A stretch of DNA of 64,000 bases, taken from Candidatus Omnitrophota bacterium. Its GTDB lineage: Bacteria; Omnitrophota; Gorgyraeia; JABMRG01. How positions within the stretch are numbered: position 1 is the stretch's first letter; every line of letters starts with the position of its first letter. Position numbers and translations under genes: made by a program. Positions 17,343-27,421 of this stretch are shown piece after piece. Under the pieces are notes generated by a model. That model was not told the origin of the DNA. It did not search any database and worked only from the letters and a program-made list of their open reading frames with translations. The stretch lies in contig JBAZLY010000003.1 in NCBI GenBank assembly GCA_041650035.1, positions 966-64,965 on the forward strand, written 5' to 3'.

Positions 17343-18416
17343 CTATCTATACAGGCGCGCTATCTCCTGCTCTATCTCGTTCTGTGAGGGGATGCCGCCT
17401 CCCATTCTTCCTAAAAAATGCACCCCGGATCTACCTTCGACGGCAAGCCTTACATCCTCGACCATTTGCCCGGCGCTCATTTCAATTACAAGGAAATTTT
17501 TAGCCTTCCTCGTCATTCTCTTTAAAGCCTGTTCGGGAAAAGGCCAAAGGGTTATAGGCCTTAATAGCCCTATCCGCCTGCCCTTTGCCCTTAATGACTT
17601 TACAGCGGCTTTTGCCACGCGGCTAACCGAACCATAGGCGGCAACAATAAACTTCGCTCCGTCACAATAATAAGCCTCATACCTCGACTCCTTGTTCTTT
17701 ATCTCCGCATAGACCTTTTGAAGCCTGATATTCAAATCCTCCAGCGCCCCGGGTTTAAGCAAAAGGGATTTAATCGACTGTGCCGGCCTTGACCTTGCCC
17801 CTGTAAGCGCCCAGGGCTTTCGTATAAACCCCGATGTCTTAGGTCTGTATCTGGATATCTCCACAGGCTCCATCATCTGTCCTAATACCCCATCCGTTAA
17901 TATCATCGCCGGGACCCTGTATTTATCCGATAAGTCAAAAGCCGCCATGGTAAGCGCCATTGCCTCTTCAACCGATCCGGGCGCTAAAACTATCATATGA
18001 TAATCGCCGTGACCTCCGCCCTTAGTGGCTTGAAAATAATCCCCCTGGCTTGGCGCGATATTGCCAAGACCGGGGCCTCCGCGCATTACATTGACTATAA
18101 CAGCCGGTAATCTGCAGGCGGCAAGATATGATATACCCTCCTGTTTTAGGCTTATGCCGGGGCTCGACGATGACGTCATTGCGCGTTTGCCCGCTACGGA
18201 TGCGCCAAATACCATATTAATAGCGGATATCTCGCTCTCTGATTGCAGGAATACCCTTCCCTTTTGCCTCATACGATAAGACATAAAAGCAGTAAGCTCA
18301 TTCTGGGGTGTGATAGGGTAACCCGCGTAAAAATCGCAGCCGGCGCGGACAGCCCCCTCGCCTATAGCCTCATTTCCTGTCATAAGGTGTTTCTTTGCAG
18401 GCTTATTGTTTTTCAT
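17343..18416 (-). CDS. 2-oxoacid:ferredoxin oxidoreductase, alpha subunit
   Basis: LMTGNEAIGEGAVRAGCDFYAGYPITPQNE is a typical alpha N-terminus. The start is uncertain; the candidates are 18455, 18416 and 18383. Confidence 0.85.
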   Translation of the reverse strand: MKNNKPAKKHLMTGNEAIGEGAVRAGCDFYAGYPITPQNELTAFMSYRMRQKGRVFLQSESEISAINMVFGASVAGKRAMTSSSSPGISLKQEGISYLAACRLPAVIVNVMRGGPGLGNIAPSQGDYFQATKGGGHGDYHMIVLAPGSVEEAMALTMAAFDLSDKYRVPAMILTDGVLGQMMEPVEISRYRPKTSGFIRKPWALTGARSRPAQSIKSLLLKPGALEDLNIRLQKVYAEIKNKESRYEAYYCDGAKFIVAAYGSVSRVAKAAVKSLRAKGRRIGLLRPITLWPFPEQALKRMTRKAKNFLVIEMSAGQMVEDVRLAVEGRSGVHFLGRMGGGIPSQNEIEQEIARLYR

Positions 18417-18642
18417 TTTGTTCTTCTTCAGGATTATCATCGGGGTAGAATTCAATGGCGCAATCAGGACATACCATTACGCAAAAGGCGCACCCAGCGC
18501 ATTTAGCGCCTTCCTTGAACAGGGCTGGTTTCACGCCCTGCTTATTGATCTTGTCTGAAAAAATAATAGAGCCCTGGGGACAATACATAAGGCAAAGCCC
18601 GCAGGCCTTGCATCTTTCGCTGTTGATCCTTATCTTACCCAT
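18403..18642 (-). CDS. 2-oxoacid:ferredoxin oxidoreductase, delta (2x[4Fe-4S] ferredoxin) subunit
   Basis: 79 aa with two cluster motifs, CKACGLCLMYCP and CAGCAFCVMVCP. Confidence 0.85.
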   Translation of the reverse strand: MGKIRINSERCKACGLCLMYCPQGSIIFSDKINKQGVKPALFKEGAKCAGCAFCVMVCPDCAIEFYPDDNPEEEQNEKQ

Positions 18643-20501
18643 CGTCTTATCTTTTCCGCTATACCCTCTGCCGAAAGGCCCATCCCCTCTAACAGCGATT
18701 GTCTTTTGTCATGAGTGATAAAATAATCCGGAACACCCAATCTCCGGACATCAGCCGTGATATTATTATCACTTAATAATTCCAGAATAGCGCTGCCAGC
18801 GCCTGCCATAAGAGCGTTATCCTCCACAACCAATGCCCTGCCCGAGCGCTTTACAGACCTTAATATTGTATCACTGTCTAAGGGTTTTACAAACCTTAAA
18901 TTCACCACACCGACGCTGATATCCTCTCTATCAAGTGTCCTTGCGGCATCCATAGACGGCAAGGTCATATCCCCCACCGCGAAAATGATCAAATCGTTTC
19001 CCGTCCGCATAACCTCGGCCTTCGCGTATTCGATGCCTTGAGCCGGGTTAATCCCATCGCCTTTGACAAGCAGGCCGCCTCTCGGGTACCTTATGGCGAT
19101 AGGCCCTTTATAACCCACGGCATACTCGAGCATAAGCTCAAGCTCCGGTATATCCTTCGGCGCCATTAAAACAATATTCGGTATATGGCGCAGATAGGAT
19201 ATATCAAATACCCCATGATGGGTAGCGCCGTCTTCTCCTACGACCCCGGACCTGTCCAGACAAAATACAACATGTAAGTTCTGCAAGGCCACGTCATGTA
19301 TAATCTGGTCATACGCCCTCTGCATGAATGTGGAGTATACCGCCACAACAGGTATCAACCCTTTTTTGGCAAGGCCTGCGGCAAAACCTACGGCATGACC
19401 TTCTGCCATGCCCACATTAAAAAACCTGCCTGGAAACATCTTTTCAAACCTGTCAAGTCCTGTCCCCTCCGTCATAGCCGCCGTAATAGCGGTTATCCTG
19501 TTATCCCCTGATGCCAGCTCGACTAATTTGTCGCCGAAACCTCTGGTAAAACTGTCCCCGGACCGGGCAAGCGATGTCCCATCCTCGGTATCGAATGGAA
19601 CTATACCATGATATTTCGCCGGTGAGCTTTCCGCTAATTTGAAACCTTTGCCTTTTTTGGTAATAACGTGTATCATCCTGGGCTCTTTAAGGGGCAGGAC
19701 ATTATTTATAACCTCCACCATGGCCTTGATATTATGGCCATCCACGGGCCCGAAATACCTAATACCCATCTCTTCAAAGATCATGCCCGGAACAAGCAGG
19801 TTCTTCAACCCTTCCTCGAGCCTTTTAGCAGCGCCTGTCAACCGGAATCCCAGCCTGGGTACACGCCTAATAAGCCTTTCCACATCGCTTCTTATCCTGT
19901 TATACACGGGATTGGTTATAACGCGGTTTAAATATCTGCTGAAGGCCCCAACACTCGGGGATATAGAAAACTCATTGTCGTTAAGGATAATCGCTATGTC
20001 TTTTTTCAGCTGTCCGGCATGGTTAAGCCCTTCAAACGCCATTCCGCCGCCCAATGACCCGTCACCGATAACAGCAACTATCTTTTCTCCGGAAGACCTG
20101 ATATCACGCGCGCAACATAAACCCAGGGCTGTTGATATTGATGTAGAACCGTGGCCAACGGTAAACATGTCATAGTCGCTTTCGTCCGCGTTAGGAAAAC
20201 CGCTTATGCCGCTTTTCTGCCTTAATGTATGGAACTTTTCTTTCCTGCCGGTAATGATCTTATGCGCGTACGCCTGATGACCTACGTCAAACACGATCTT
20301 ATCCCTTGGCGCGTTCAGACAATAATGCAAGGCCAATATAAGGTCGACGGCGCCGAGGCTCGGGGCAAGATGTCCGCCTGTCTTCGAAACAGTATCTATC
20401 ATAAAGGCCCTTATCTCACCCGCAAGCTGTGTCAATTCATCCATACTTAGGGCCTTGAGATCTTTCGGATATTGTATTAAGTCAAGTATCGCCACGGTCA
20501 T
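18630..20501 (-). CDS. dxs: 1-deoxy-D-xylulose-5-phosphate synthase
   Basis: 623 aa with GGHLAPSLGAVDL and the TPP motif GDGSLGGGMAFEGLNHAG. Confidence 0.95.
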   Translation of the reverse strand: MTVAILDLIQYPKDLKALSMDELTQLAGEIRAFMIDTVSKTGGHLAPSLGAVDLILALHYCLNAPRDKIVFDVGHQAYAHKIITGRKEKFHTLRQKSGISGFPNADESDYDMFTVGHGSTSISTALGLCCARDIRSSGEKIVAVIGDGSLGGGMAFEGLNHAGQLKKDIAIILNDNEFSISPSVGAFSRYLNRVITNPVYNRIRSDVERLIRRVPRLGFRLTGAAKRLEEGLKNLLVPGMIFEEMGIRYFGPVDGHNIKAMVEVINNVLPLKEPRMIHVITKKGKGFKLAESSPAKYHGIVPFDTEDGTSLARSGDSFTRGFGDKLVELASGDNRITAITAAMTEGTGLDRFEKMFPGRFFNVGMAEGHAVGFAAGLAKKGLIPVVAVYSTFMQRAYDQIIHDVALQNLHVVFCLDRSGVVGEDGATHHGVFDISYLRHIPNIVLMAPKDIPELELMLEYAVGYKGPIAIRYPRGGLLVKGDGINPAQGIEYAKAEVMRTGNDLIIFAVGDMTLPSMDAARTLDREDISVGVVNLRFVKPLDSDTILRSVKRSGRALVVEDNALMAGAGSAILELLSDNNITADVRRLGVPDYFITHDKRQSLLEGMGLSAEGIAEKIRRWVR

Positions 20502-21350
20502 TTATGCTTTTCTGTTAAGAATGAAATCTGCGATTTGGCAAAGGCGAAAGGACCTTTTGCCAAAACGCGATATTATATCCTTCGATCTCTTGGTCAATTC
20601 CTGCGCGTATTCAAAGGTGTCCCTTTTATCAGCGAGCGAGGCGCACGCCTCGTTATCAATAATATCATCTATTATCTGAAACACGAGCCCCGTGTATTCC
20701 CCGAATCTGAATAAAGCCTCGGCATCCTTTTTACTGCCGCCTGCCGCCACAGCACCGATCTTGCAAGAAGCTGCTATCAAGGCTCCCGTTTTATGCGCAT
20801 TAATATAATCGAGGGCCGCCGGGTCTTTTAGCCCTGGCGCAATATCAGCGGCCTGGCCCGCTATCATGCCTGATACCCCGGCAGCATGAGAAAGCACCTT
20901 AACCAGCTCCATATTAACAGATTTATCTCTTAAGGCGCGTGAGAGCACATTAAACGCCTCTGTTAGCAAGGCATCGCCGGCAAGTACTGCCACGGCAACA
21001 CCAAATTTTTTATGCACAGCAAAACGACCCCTGCGGAAATCATCATTATCCATACAAGGCAGGTCATCATGCACCAGGGAGTAAGCGTGTACCATCTCAA
21101 CAGCACAGGCGGGTTTAAGCGCGCGTCCACATCTTAACCCCGATATTATCTCGGAGCACGCCAGACAAAGCAGGGGTCGTATCCTCTTGCCGCCCTTTAA
21201 GGCATACGCCATAGCCCGGCAGACCTGTTTATTCCCGCCGCGAGAAACGGGCATCATAAGGGCCAATTGCTTTTCGATCACCATTCTTTTTTTGTTGAAA
21301 TATTTATTTATATCCATGCCCTGTTCAAGCGCCTGTTGCAAAAATAACAC
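20502..21350 (-). CDS. ispA: polyprenyl (farnesyl/geranyl) diphosphate synthase
   Basis: DDxxD motifs LVHDDLPCMDNDDFRRG and FQIIDDIID. Abuts dxs and xseB as in many bacteria. Confidence 0.85.
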   Translation of the reverse strand: MLFLQQALEQGMDINKYFNKKRMVIEKQLALMMPVSRGGNKQVCRAMAYALKGGKRIRPLLCLACSEIISGLRCGRALKPACAVEMVHAYSLVHDDLPCMDNDDFRRGRFAVHKKFGVAVAVLAGDALLTEAFNVLSRALRDKSVNMELVKVLSHAAGVSGMIAGQAADIAPGLKDPAALDYINAHKTGALIAASCKIGAVAAGGSKKDAEALFRFGEYTGLVFQIIDDIIDNEACASLADKRDTFEYAQELTKRSKDIISRFGKRSFRLCQIADFILNRKA

Positions 21351-21668
21351 CTAAAACAAAAGTCCTTCCCCGCGGGGACGTCTTTTTTTGCCCGAGACCT
21401 TGGACCTCCGCGGCATAACCACTCCCTCCGGGGCCGGGATGTTAAAATCTTCGGCAGAAAACGCGCCGGATGGTTCCTTTACCAGTATCTCTATTTTCTT
21501 TTTTATCTCATTAAGCTTTTTTTCGCAAAAGGCCGCAAGCCTTATACCTTCTTCGTATTTTTTTATAGCTTCATCGAGATCGATGTGGCCCGCCTCCAGG
21601 TCGAGGGCAATCCTTTCGAGTCTATTAAGCATTTCGTCGAATTTTTGCTCCGCCATTTTTTTCTCCAC
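21351..21668 (-). CDS. xseB: exodeoxyribonuclease VII small subunit (with basic C-terminal tail)
   Basis: FDEMLNRLERIALDLEAGHIDLDEAIKKYEEGIRL is typical XseB. At 105 aa it is about 25 aa longer than usual. Confidence 0.8.
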   Translation of the reverse strand: MEKKMAEQKFDEMLNRLERIALDLEAGHIDLDEAIKKYEEGIRLAAFCEKKLNEIKKKIEILVKEPSGAFSAEDFNIPAPEGVVMPRRSKVSGKKRRPRGEGLLF

Positions 21669-21694
21669 AATTTTTGTCTTAAGCCCTGCCCTGT

Positions 21695-22942
21695 CTAAGA
21701 CCCCTCCACCCGGCTGGTAACCTCTCCGGTGGAAAATTTGGTTTTGATCAGCGCGCCGGCCTCTAGATCCGACGCGTCTTTAATTATACCGCCATCCGGT
21801 TCCCGCATCGTTATGCTGAAACCCCGGCCAAGAACGGCATCGGGGCTTAAGGCGGCCAACCTGCACCTTACGGCTGATAACGCCTGCTGCTTGGTCGCAG
21901 TAAAAAAAACCAACCCCTGATACATGCGCTTAAGGGTTTCATCAAATCTCTGTTGATACTGCTCCGTGAAAAAGAGCGGCCGCCTAAAGGCATACCTGTT
22001 CTTAACACTATTTAAGCGATCTTGCATTATACGCGCGCGCGACATTACTGCCTGCCTGAACCTCTGCCTGAATTTTTCTATGCCTGAAATCATATCCTCT
22101 TTTTTACCAATCACAAGCTCTGCCGCGGCAGACGGTGTCGGAGCACGCAGGTCGGAGACAAAATCGGATATCGTATAATCAATCTCGTGGCCTACAGCGG
22201 ATATTACGGGTATACCGGAGCTATAAATGGCCCTGGTAACCGATTCTTCGTTGAACGCCCAGAGGTCTTCAATGCTCCCTCCGCCCCGGGCCAGTATAAT
22301 AACATCGACATTTTTCAACTTATTGAAATCTGTCAGTGCCTGCGTTATCTCATCTGCCGCGCCCGGGCCCTGAACCTTAACAGGAAAAATTATGATATGC
22401 ATGTTATCATACCGCCTGTTTATAATGTTCAGTATATCTCTAATAGCCGCGCCTGTCGGTGACGTTATCACGCCTATGGCGCTTGCGAGCTTAGGTATAG
22501 GTTTCTTAACGGATCCGTCAAACAGGCCTTCATTGTAAAGCTTTTTTTTAAGCTGTTCATAAGCGGCCTGCAAAGCGCCTATACCCTTGGGCTCCGCCTT
22601 ATCGATATAAAGCTGATATTGCCCGCGTTTACCATAAACGCCTATCCTGCCCGAGCATATAAGGCTCATACCATTTTCTATCGCGAACTTCAGCCTAATA
22701 AGCTGGTGTTTAAATATCACACAACCGAGAACACTATCCGAATCTTTTAAGCTTAAATAGCAGTGGCCTGACGAATGCAGAACAAGATTTGATACCTCTC
22801 CCTCAACCCATATATCCTTGAAAGAGCCTTCAAGTATCAGGCTAATACATCTGGTAAGCTCGGTGATGGAGTAAATCTTATTTTTAGGGGTTAAACAAAT
22901 GTCAGTCATGGTAAATACGCGCCCGATCTTTCCATTGCCCAT
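21695..22942 (-). CDS. xseA: exodeoxyribonuclease VII large subunit
   Basis: OB-fold N-terminus IYSITELTRCISLILEGSFKDIWVEGEVSN followed by the catalytic domain. The ORF-track ATG at 22954 sits 1 nt after a TATAAT and so is probably untranscribed. The start is likely 22942 (M5) or 22909 (M16). Confidence 0.85.
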   Translation of the reverse strand: MGNGKIGRVFTMTDICLTPKNKIYSITELTRCISLILEGSFKDIWVEGEVSNLVLHSSGHCYLSLKDSDSVLGCVIFKHQLIRLKFAIENGMSLICSGRIGVYGKRGQYQLYIDKAEPKGIGALQAAYEQLKKKLYNEGLFDGSVKKPIPKLASAIGVITSPTGAAIRDILNIINRRYDNMHIIIFPVKVQGPGAADEITQALTDFNKLKNVDVIILARGGGSIEDLWAFNEESVTRAIYSSGIPVISAVGHEIDYTISDFVSDLRAPTPSAAAELVIGKKEDMISGIEKFRQRFRQAVMSRARIMQDRLNSVKNRYAFRRPLFFTEQYQQRFDETLKRMYQGLVFFTATKQQALSAVRCRLAALSPDAVLGRGFSITMREPDGGIIKDASDLEAGALIKTKFSTGEVTSRVEGS

Positions 22943-22955
22943 CGATAAGGCCATT

Positions 22956-22985
22956 ATTATACCAAATTCTTTTTAAACACTTCAA
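22956..22985 (-). promoter_or_regulatory. sigma70-type promoter (TTGAAG-18-TATAAT) for the xseA...gltX operon
   Basis: Minus strand reads cTTGAAGtgtttaaaaagaatttggTATAATaATGgcc. Confidence 0.5.
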
Positions 22986-23001
22986 GATGGCTCTCTCCCG
23001 G

Positions 23002-23775
23002 TTAAAATACGAACCGCCTGATCAACAGGGCATGACCTGTCTTAGGCTCTATTCCGACAATAGCGCCATGTATATGGACATCCCCTTCAGCCATTTCAAA
23101 TTTAACGGGCATCTGCGTCGTAAACCTTTCTAATATCTGTTCCTTTTTTCTGCCGATGACGGAATCCATTGGGCCTGTCATACCTATATCCGTAATATAG
23201 GCCGTATGTTTATATAGCAACCTTTCGTCCGCTGTCTGGATATGCGTATGCGTCCCGAAAACGCACGAGACCATACCGTCTAAAAACCAGCCCAAAGCGA
23301 CCTTCTCGCTTGTCGCCTCGGCATGGACATCCACGAATATATTATCGGTTTCCTTCTTGAGCTCATCCACACAGGCCCATGCCTTCGCGAACGGGCAATC
23401 AACTGCCTGCATAAAAACGCGGCCGATCAAATTGATAACCCCGATCTTTTCCCCATTACGCGCCTTAAATACGCCGTATCCGCAACCGGGGGCGGAGGCA
23501 GGATAATTTGCAGGCCGCAGCAGTCTTTTTTCCCCCGCGATATACTCCGCCGTCTCTTTCTTTTTCCATATATGATCGCCTGATGTCAGGACATCGATAT
23601 TACAGTCAAATAATTCATCGGCAACGTTTTTGGTAACACCGCTTCCACCAGCGGCATTTTCGGCATTGGCAATGGTAAAGTCTATCGCTTCCCGTTTTTG
23701 GATATTCCTTAATTCGCGATTAAGTATATTCCTGCCCGGGGCGCCTGTTATGTCTCCGATCATTAAAACATTCAT
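23002..23775 (-). CDS. ymdB: YmdB-like metallophosphoesterase (TIGR00282 family)
   Basis: MNVLMIGDITGAPGR...ANAENAAGGSG...DVHAEATSEK. It lies immediately downstream of rny, as in Bacillus. Confidence 0.8.
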   Translation of the reverse strand: MNVLMIGDITGAPGRNILNRELRNIQKREAIDFTIANAENAAGGSGVTKNVADELFDCNIDVLTSGDHIWKKKETAEYIAGEKRLLRPANYPASAPGCGYGVFKARNGEKIGVINLIGRVFMQAVDCPFAKAWACVDELKKETDNIFVDVHAEATSEKVALGWFLDGMVSCVFGTHTHIQTADERLLYKHTAYITDIGMTGPMDSVIGRKKEQILERFTTQMPVKFEMAEGDVHIHGAIVGIEPKTGHALLIRRFVF

Positions 23776-23787
23776 ATGTTATACCGC

Positions 23788-25362
23788 CTATCTCGCGTAT
23801 TCCGTAGCGCGTGTCTCACGTATAACAGTCACCTTTATTTCGCCCGGATAATCGAGATTTTCTTCTATTTTCTTCGTTATATCCTTAGCCATGCTTATCG
23901 CCTGCAGATCATTTATCTTATCGGGCTGGACAATTACACGCACCTCCCTGCCTGCTTGTATGGCGAAGGACTTCTCAACACCCTTAAAACCGTCTGCTAT
24001 GCCTTCAAGTTTTTCGAGCCTCTTAACATATGTTTCGAGGGTCTCGCGGCGCGCGCCGGGCCGTGTTGCGCTTATGGCATCGGCGGCCTGCACCAGGACA
24101 GCCAGGACGGAATTGGCCTCTATATCCTGGTGATGGGACTCAAGCGCGTGGATCACCGCCTCTGTCTCGCCGTATTTACGTGCCAGGTCGGAACCGATCT
24201 TGGCATGGCCTCCCTCAACCTCATGGCTTACGGCCTTACCGATATCATGTAAAAGGCCTATCCTCTTGGAGAGATTAAAATCGATGTTCAACTCGCCTGC
24301 CATAACACCCATAATATAAGCGACCTCTTTCGAATGCTGGAGGGCGTTTTGGCCATAACTCGTCCTATATTTCAGCCTGCCGAGCAGTTTGATCAACTCT
24401 GGGTGCAGGCCGTGTATATTCACATCAAAGGCGGCCTTTTCCCCCTCCTCCCGGATATTAACCTCCATCTCCTTTTTAACCTTTTCAGCGACCTCTTCTA
24501 TCCTGCCGGGGTGTATCCTGCCGTCTTCTATAAGTTTTTCAAGCGTGCGTCTCGCGATCTCACGCCTTACTATATCAAAGCTCGAAAGGGTAACGGCCTC
24601 CGGGGTATCATCAACAATAACATCCACCCCTGTCGCCACTTCAAGCGCCCGTATATTCCTGCCTTCACGGCCTATTATCCTGCCCTTCATATCATCATTT
24701 GGCAAGCTTACAACGCTTATCGTCGATTCAACAGTATGGTCCGCAGCATAACGCTGTATCGAAAGGCTTATTATCTCACGGGCCTTTTTGGCGGCCGATT
24801 CCTTTACCTGCTCCTCCAAACGCTTAAGCGTTATCGCCGCCTCCTGCTTAGCCTCATCCTGCATTCTCAAGACCAACAGCTTCTTGGCTTCTTCGGACGA
24901 CATGCCGGCAACCCTTTGCAATTTTTGTCTTTCTTCAGCCAATACCCTGTCCAGCTCAACCTCTTTGCTTGTAATGGCCTCTTGTTTTTGGATAACAGAC
25001 TGTTCTTTCTGGGTTATGTCCTTTTCCTTCCTGTCAATCAGATCCGATTTCCTTTCGATATTCTCTTCCCTTTGCGTCAGACGCTTTTCCAGCTCTTTCA
25101 GCTCTTGCCGCGCGTCCTTTGTCTCCTGATCAAAATCAGCGCGCAGTTTAAGCTTAAGATCTTTGGCCTCCAGCTCTATCTCTTTCCTAAGAGTCTGTGC
25201 CTCTTTCTGTGCATCCGCGATTATCTGTTTTGCCTTTTCACCGGCAGACCTATTCTTCTTTGATGATATTAGATTATTTACAAAAAAACCTACTACAAAA
25301 AACAATACGCCCGCTAACAACACGGGCAAAGACAATATTGCCTGTCCGGTACTGTTAAGCAT
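23788..25362 (-). CDS. rny: ribonuclease Y
   Basis: 524 aa with N-terminal TM, a K/E-rich coiled coil, KH domain ([15 protein letters not shown]) and HD domain (GLLHDIGKA). Confidence 0.9.
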   Translation of the reverse strand: MLNSTGQAILSLPVLLAGVLFFVVGFFVNNLISSKKNRSAGEKAKQIIADAQKEAQTLRKEIELEAKDLKLKLRADFDQETKDARQELKELEKRLTQREENIERKSDLIDRKEKDITQKEQSVIQKQEAITSKEVELDRVLAEERQKLQRVAGMSSEEAKKLLVLRMQDEAKQEAAITLKRLEEQVKESAAKKAREIISLSIQRYAADHTVESTISVVSLPNDDMKGRIIGREGRNIRALEVATGVDVIVDDTPEAVTLSSFDIVRREIARRTLEKLIEDGRIHPGRIEEVAEKVKKEMEVNIREEGEKAAFDVNIHGLHPELIKLLGRLKYRTSYGQNALQHSKEVAYIMGVMAGELNIDFNLSKRIGLLHDIGKAVSHEVEGGHAKIGSDLARKYGETEAVIHALESHHQDIEANSVLAVLVQAADAISATRPGARRETLETYVKRLEKLEGIADGFKGVEKSFAIQAGREVRVIVQPDKINDLQAISMAKDITKKIEENLDYPGEIKVTVIRETRATEYAR

Positions 25363-25510
25363 AAAACACCTCTGTCCTTTCTATGTTTAAACCTGCCTCT
25401 TGACAAACAAAGACAGCCCGGGCGCATCTTAACACGCCTTGAGAACATGGCCTCGGCAAAACCAGACAAGCGCCACGTCGTCGATTGCCCCAAAACGGGG
25501 CTAACTTTAA

Positions 25511-26095
25511 TTATGCGGCAATAAGTTTGGTGACAGGTATGTCCCAGGGTAAAACCTTGATCCTTCTTACAAGCTGGAGCTTGAATGCCAGCCCTATGGT
25601 AGGTGTTTTTTTTGGCAGGTGCTTTAGGAATCTATCAAAATAACCTTGGCCGTGTCCTATGCGGTTGCCTTTGCTGTCAAAGGCAACACCGGGGACTATG
25701 ACTAAATCAATATCCTCAATTTTAACGGCCTTTATACATTCCTTCCTTGGTTGCAGTACTCCGAAAGGGCCCTTTGCAAGATCTCTTGCTGGGCATGTAA
25801 TCTCTGAAGGGATCAATTGCTTCTCCTTGGTTTGTGTCACCGGCACTATTACCCGTTTGCCTCTTTTGAGCGCCTCTTCTATCATGCCGGCAGTATCAAC
25901 TTCATAAGGTTTTGATACATAAAACATGATAAAGACGGCATCTTTAAAGCACTTCTCTTTTAGAAGCCTCCTTTTTATCTTGCCGTTCTTAATAGCACGA
26001 TCTTGCGCGGCCTGCAAACGTAATTTCTCTAAAATCTCTTTTCTGACCGCGTCTTTTTCATTTTTCCGCGAATAGGCTAATTTTACCACAAACAC
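25511..26095 (-). CDS. 5-formyltetrahydrofolate cyclo-ligase
   Basis: 194 aa with C-terminal block VIVPGVAFDSKGNRIGHGQGYFDRFL. GTG start; the exact start is uncertain. Confidence 0.8.
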   Translation of the reverse strand: MFVVKLAYSRKNEKDAVRKEILEKLRLQAAQDRAIKNGKIKRRLLKEKCFKDAVFIMFYVSKPYEVDTAGMIEEALKRGKRVIVPVTQTKEKQLIPSEITCPARDLAKGPFGVLQPRKECIKAVKIEDIDLVIVPGVAFDSKGNRIGHGQGYFDRFLKHLPKKTPTIGLAFKLQLVRRIKVLPWDIPVTKLIAA

Positions 26096-26164
26096 CTCAA
26101 CAGGTCAAGCAGTTTGGCCGCAGGTAAAACATTAAAAAAGCCCCCTCGACAGGCATAAGGCCTG

Positions 26165-27385
26165 TTATAATCCGGGGACAGGCCTTTCCTTAAGAGCCTT
26201 ATAACTTGATCCGGAATCAGCCGACGGCAAAAGTGCCACAGGCTCGGCAAGCAGGAACCTTCCTTTTGATATAGAATCTTTTAGCTCTTCGGCTATTACC
26301 CTTGCCTTCGCGTAACTTGAAAGCGAAACGGTAGGGGTGTCCTTGCCCTTGAACGTGATACTGCCTGACTTTAACTGCTTATAATTCACTTCTCCGAGCG
26401 AATTGGATATAGCATTGGGGTAGTCATTGGCATAATCAATTATCTGCGCGTATATATCTTCATCTTTTACGGTAGTGTATTTTAATATGTCCTCATTGAG
26501 CACGGGTATGGGAACGCCGATACCCACGGCAAGGCTGACGCCATAACCTTCCAATGATACGCCGCGCAGCCATTCGGGCTTCATTTGTTTTAAGTCGCCT
26601 ATAACGGCTAATGTCCCCGCGGGGCATTGCGGCACGCCGTTGGCCTTTCTTTTCACACACGGGTTATGCTGCGTACCATGCCATGTCACATAACCCTGCC
26701 CGCCCGCCAGGAATATCTTTGTCCCTATGCCTATAGTCATATAATAAGGGTCGTTTAAAAGAGGGGACAATTGCCCGGCTGAACAATAATTTGCGTTTCC
26801 GGCATCAGGTTTTAATATGCCCATATATGTGTATATCGTCTTTTCCCGGCCCATGTTAACCGCGACATTATAGTTCTGGTAGCAATTTCTCAAATTAAAC
26901 AATACCGCCTCATTCAGGTCTTTTATATTAATAAAGGTATCGAGTCTTTTCCTGGGGTAACAATCCGTGCCATAGGTTGACGCCGAAAGCCTTATATCCT
27001 TGCCCGATACGAGATCTTCTATGACATGCCCGCCGCCATATTCAAATTTTCCAGGGAACACCCTGTTCTTGGGGTCATCCTCTGAAATAGCTGCAGCACC
27101 TATATAAAGATCAGAGGCCGCAAAACCGGTATACGCGGGTATATCGTTAAGCGTGGCCTTTCCGCCTCCTATCTTCATCTTGGGTTTTGTGTGCCCAATA
27201 TTGAAATAAGCGCCGCTTGAGCACATGGGCCCGAACGTGCCTGTGGTCACCACATCCACTCTTTGGGCGGCATTCTCTAAGCCCTCTTTTTCAACAATGC
27301 CTATTATCTCTTCCGCGGTAGCTACTACAACCTTGCCTTGTCTTATTTTTTCATTTATTTGCGCGTATGTCTTTGACATCTGCAT
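26165..27385 (-). CDS. DUF39/COG1900 homocysteine biosynthesis protein (sulfide-dependent route)
   Basis: 406 aa. The N-terminus YAQINEKIRQGKVVVATAEEI...VTTGTFGPMCSSGA matches my recollection of the COG1900 family. Adjacent to cysK. Confidence 0.65.
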   Translation of the reverse strand: MQMSKTYAQINEKIRQGKVVVATAEEIIGIVEKEGLENAAQRVDVVTTGTFGPMCSSGAYFNIGHTKPKMKIGGGKATLNDIPAYTGFAASDLYIGAAAISEDDPKNRVFPGKFEYGGGHVIEDLVSGKDIRLSASTYGTDCYPRKRLDTFINIKDLNEAVLFNLRNCYQNYNVAVNMGREKTIYTYMGILKPDAGNANYCSAGQLSPLLNDPYYMTIGIGTKIFLAGGQGYVTWHGTQHNPCVKRKANGVPQCPAGTLAVIGDLKQMKPEWLRGVSLEGYGVSLAVGIGVPIPVLNEDILKYTTVKDEDIYAQIIDYANDYPNAISNSLGEVNYKQLKSGSITFKGKDTPTVSLSSYAKARVIAEELKDSISKGRFLLAEPVALLPSADSGSSYKALKERPVPGL

Positions 27386-27421
27386 CTCCTTAACGACAGC
27401 TCCCGTTCAGGGGCTAAAAAA

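Noticed and set aside
19639-20175. 178-aa plus-strand ORF.
   Set aside because: It is antisense to dxs.
24334-25263. 309-aa plus-strand ORF, together with 23776..24252, 24389..24751 and 24788..25129.
   Set aside because: They are entirely antisense to rny, which has clear KH and HD domains. The sequence is low-complexity and L/F/R-rich, as expected from reading a K/E-rich coiled coil backwards. There is no RBS.
26096-26164. Looked for a 6S RNA (ssrS) upstream of the 5-formyl-THF cyclo-ligase gene, by analogy with E. coli ssrS-ygfA.
   Set aside because: The spacer is only 69 nt, too short for a ~180-nt 6S RNA. The 148-nt spacer downstream (25363-25510) looks like a terminator plus the rny promoter.
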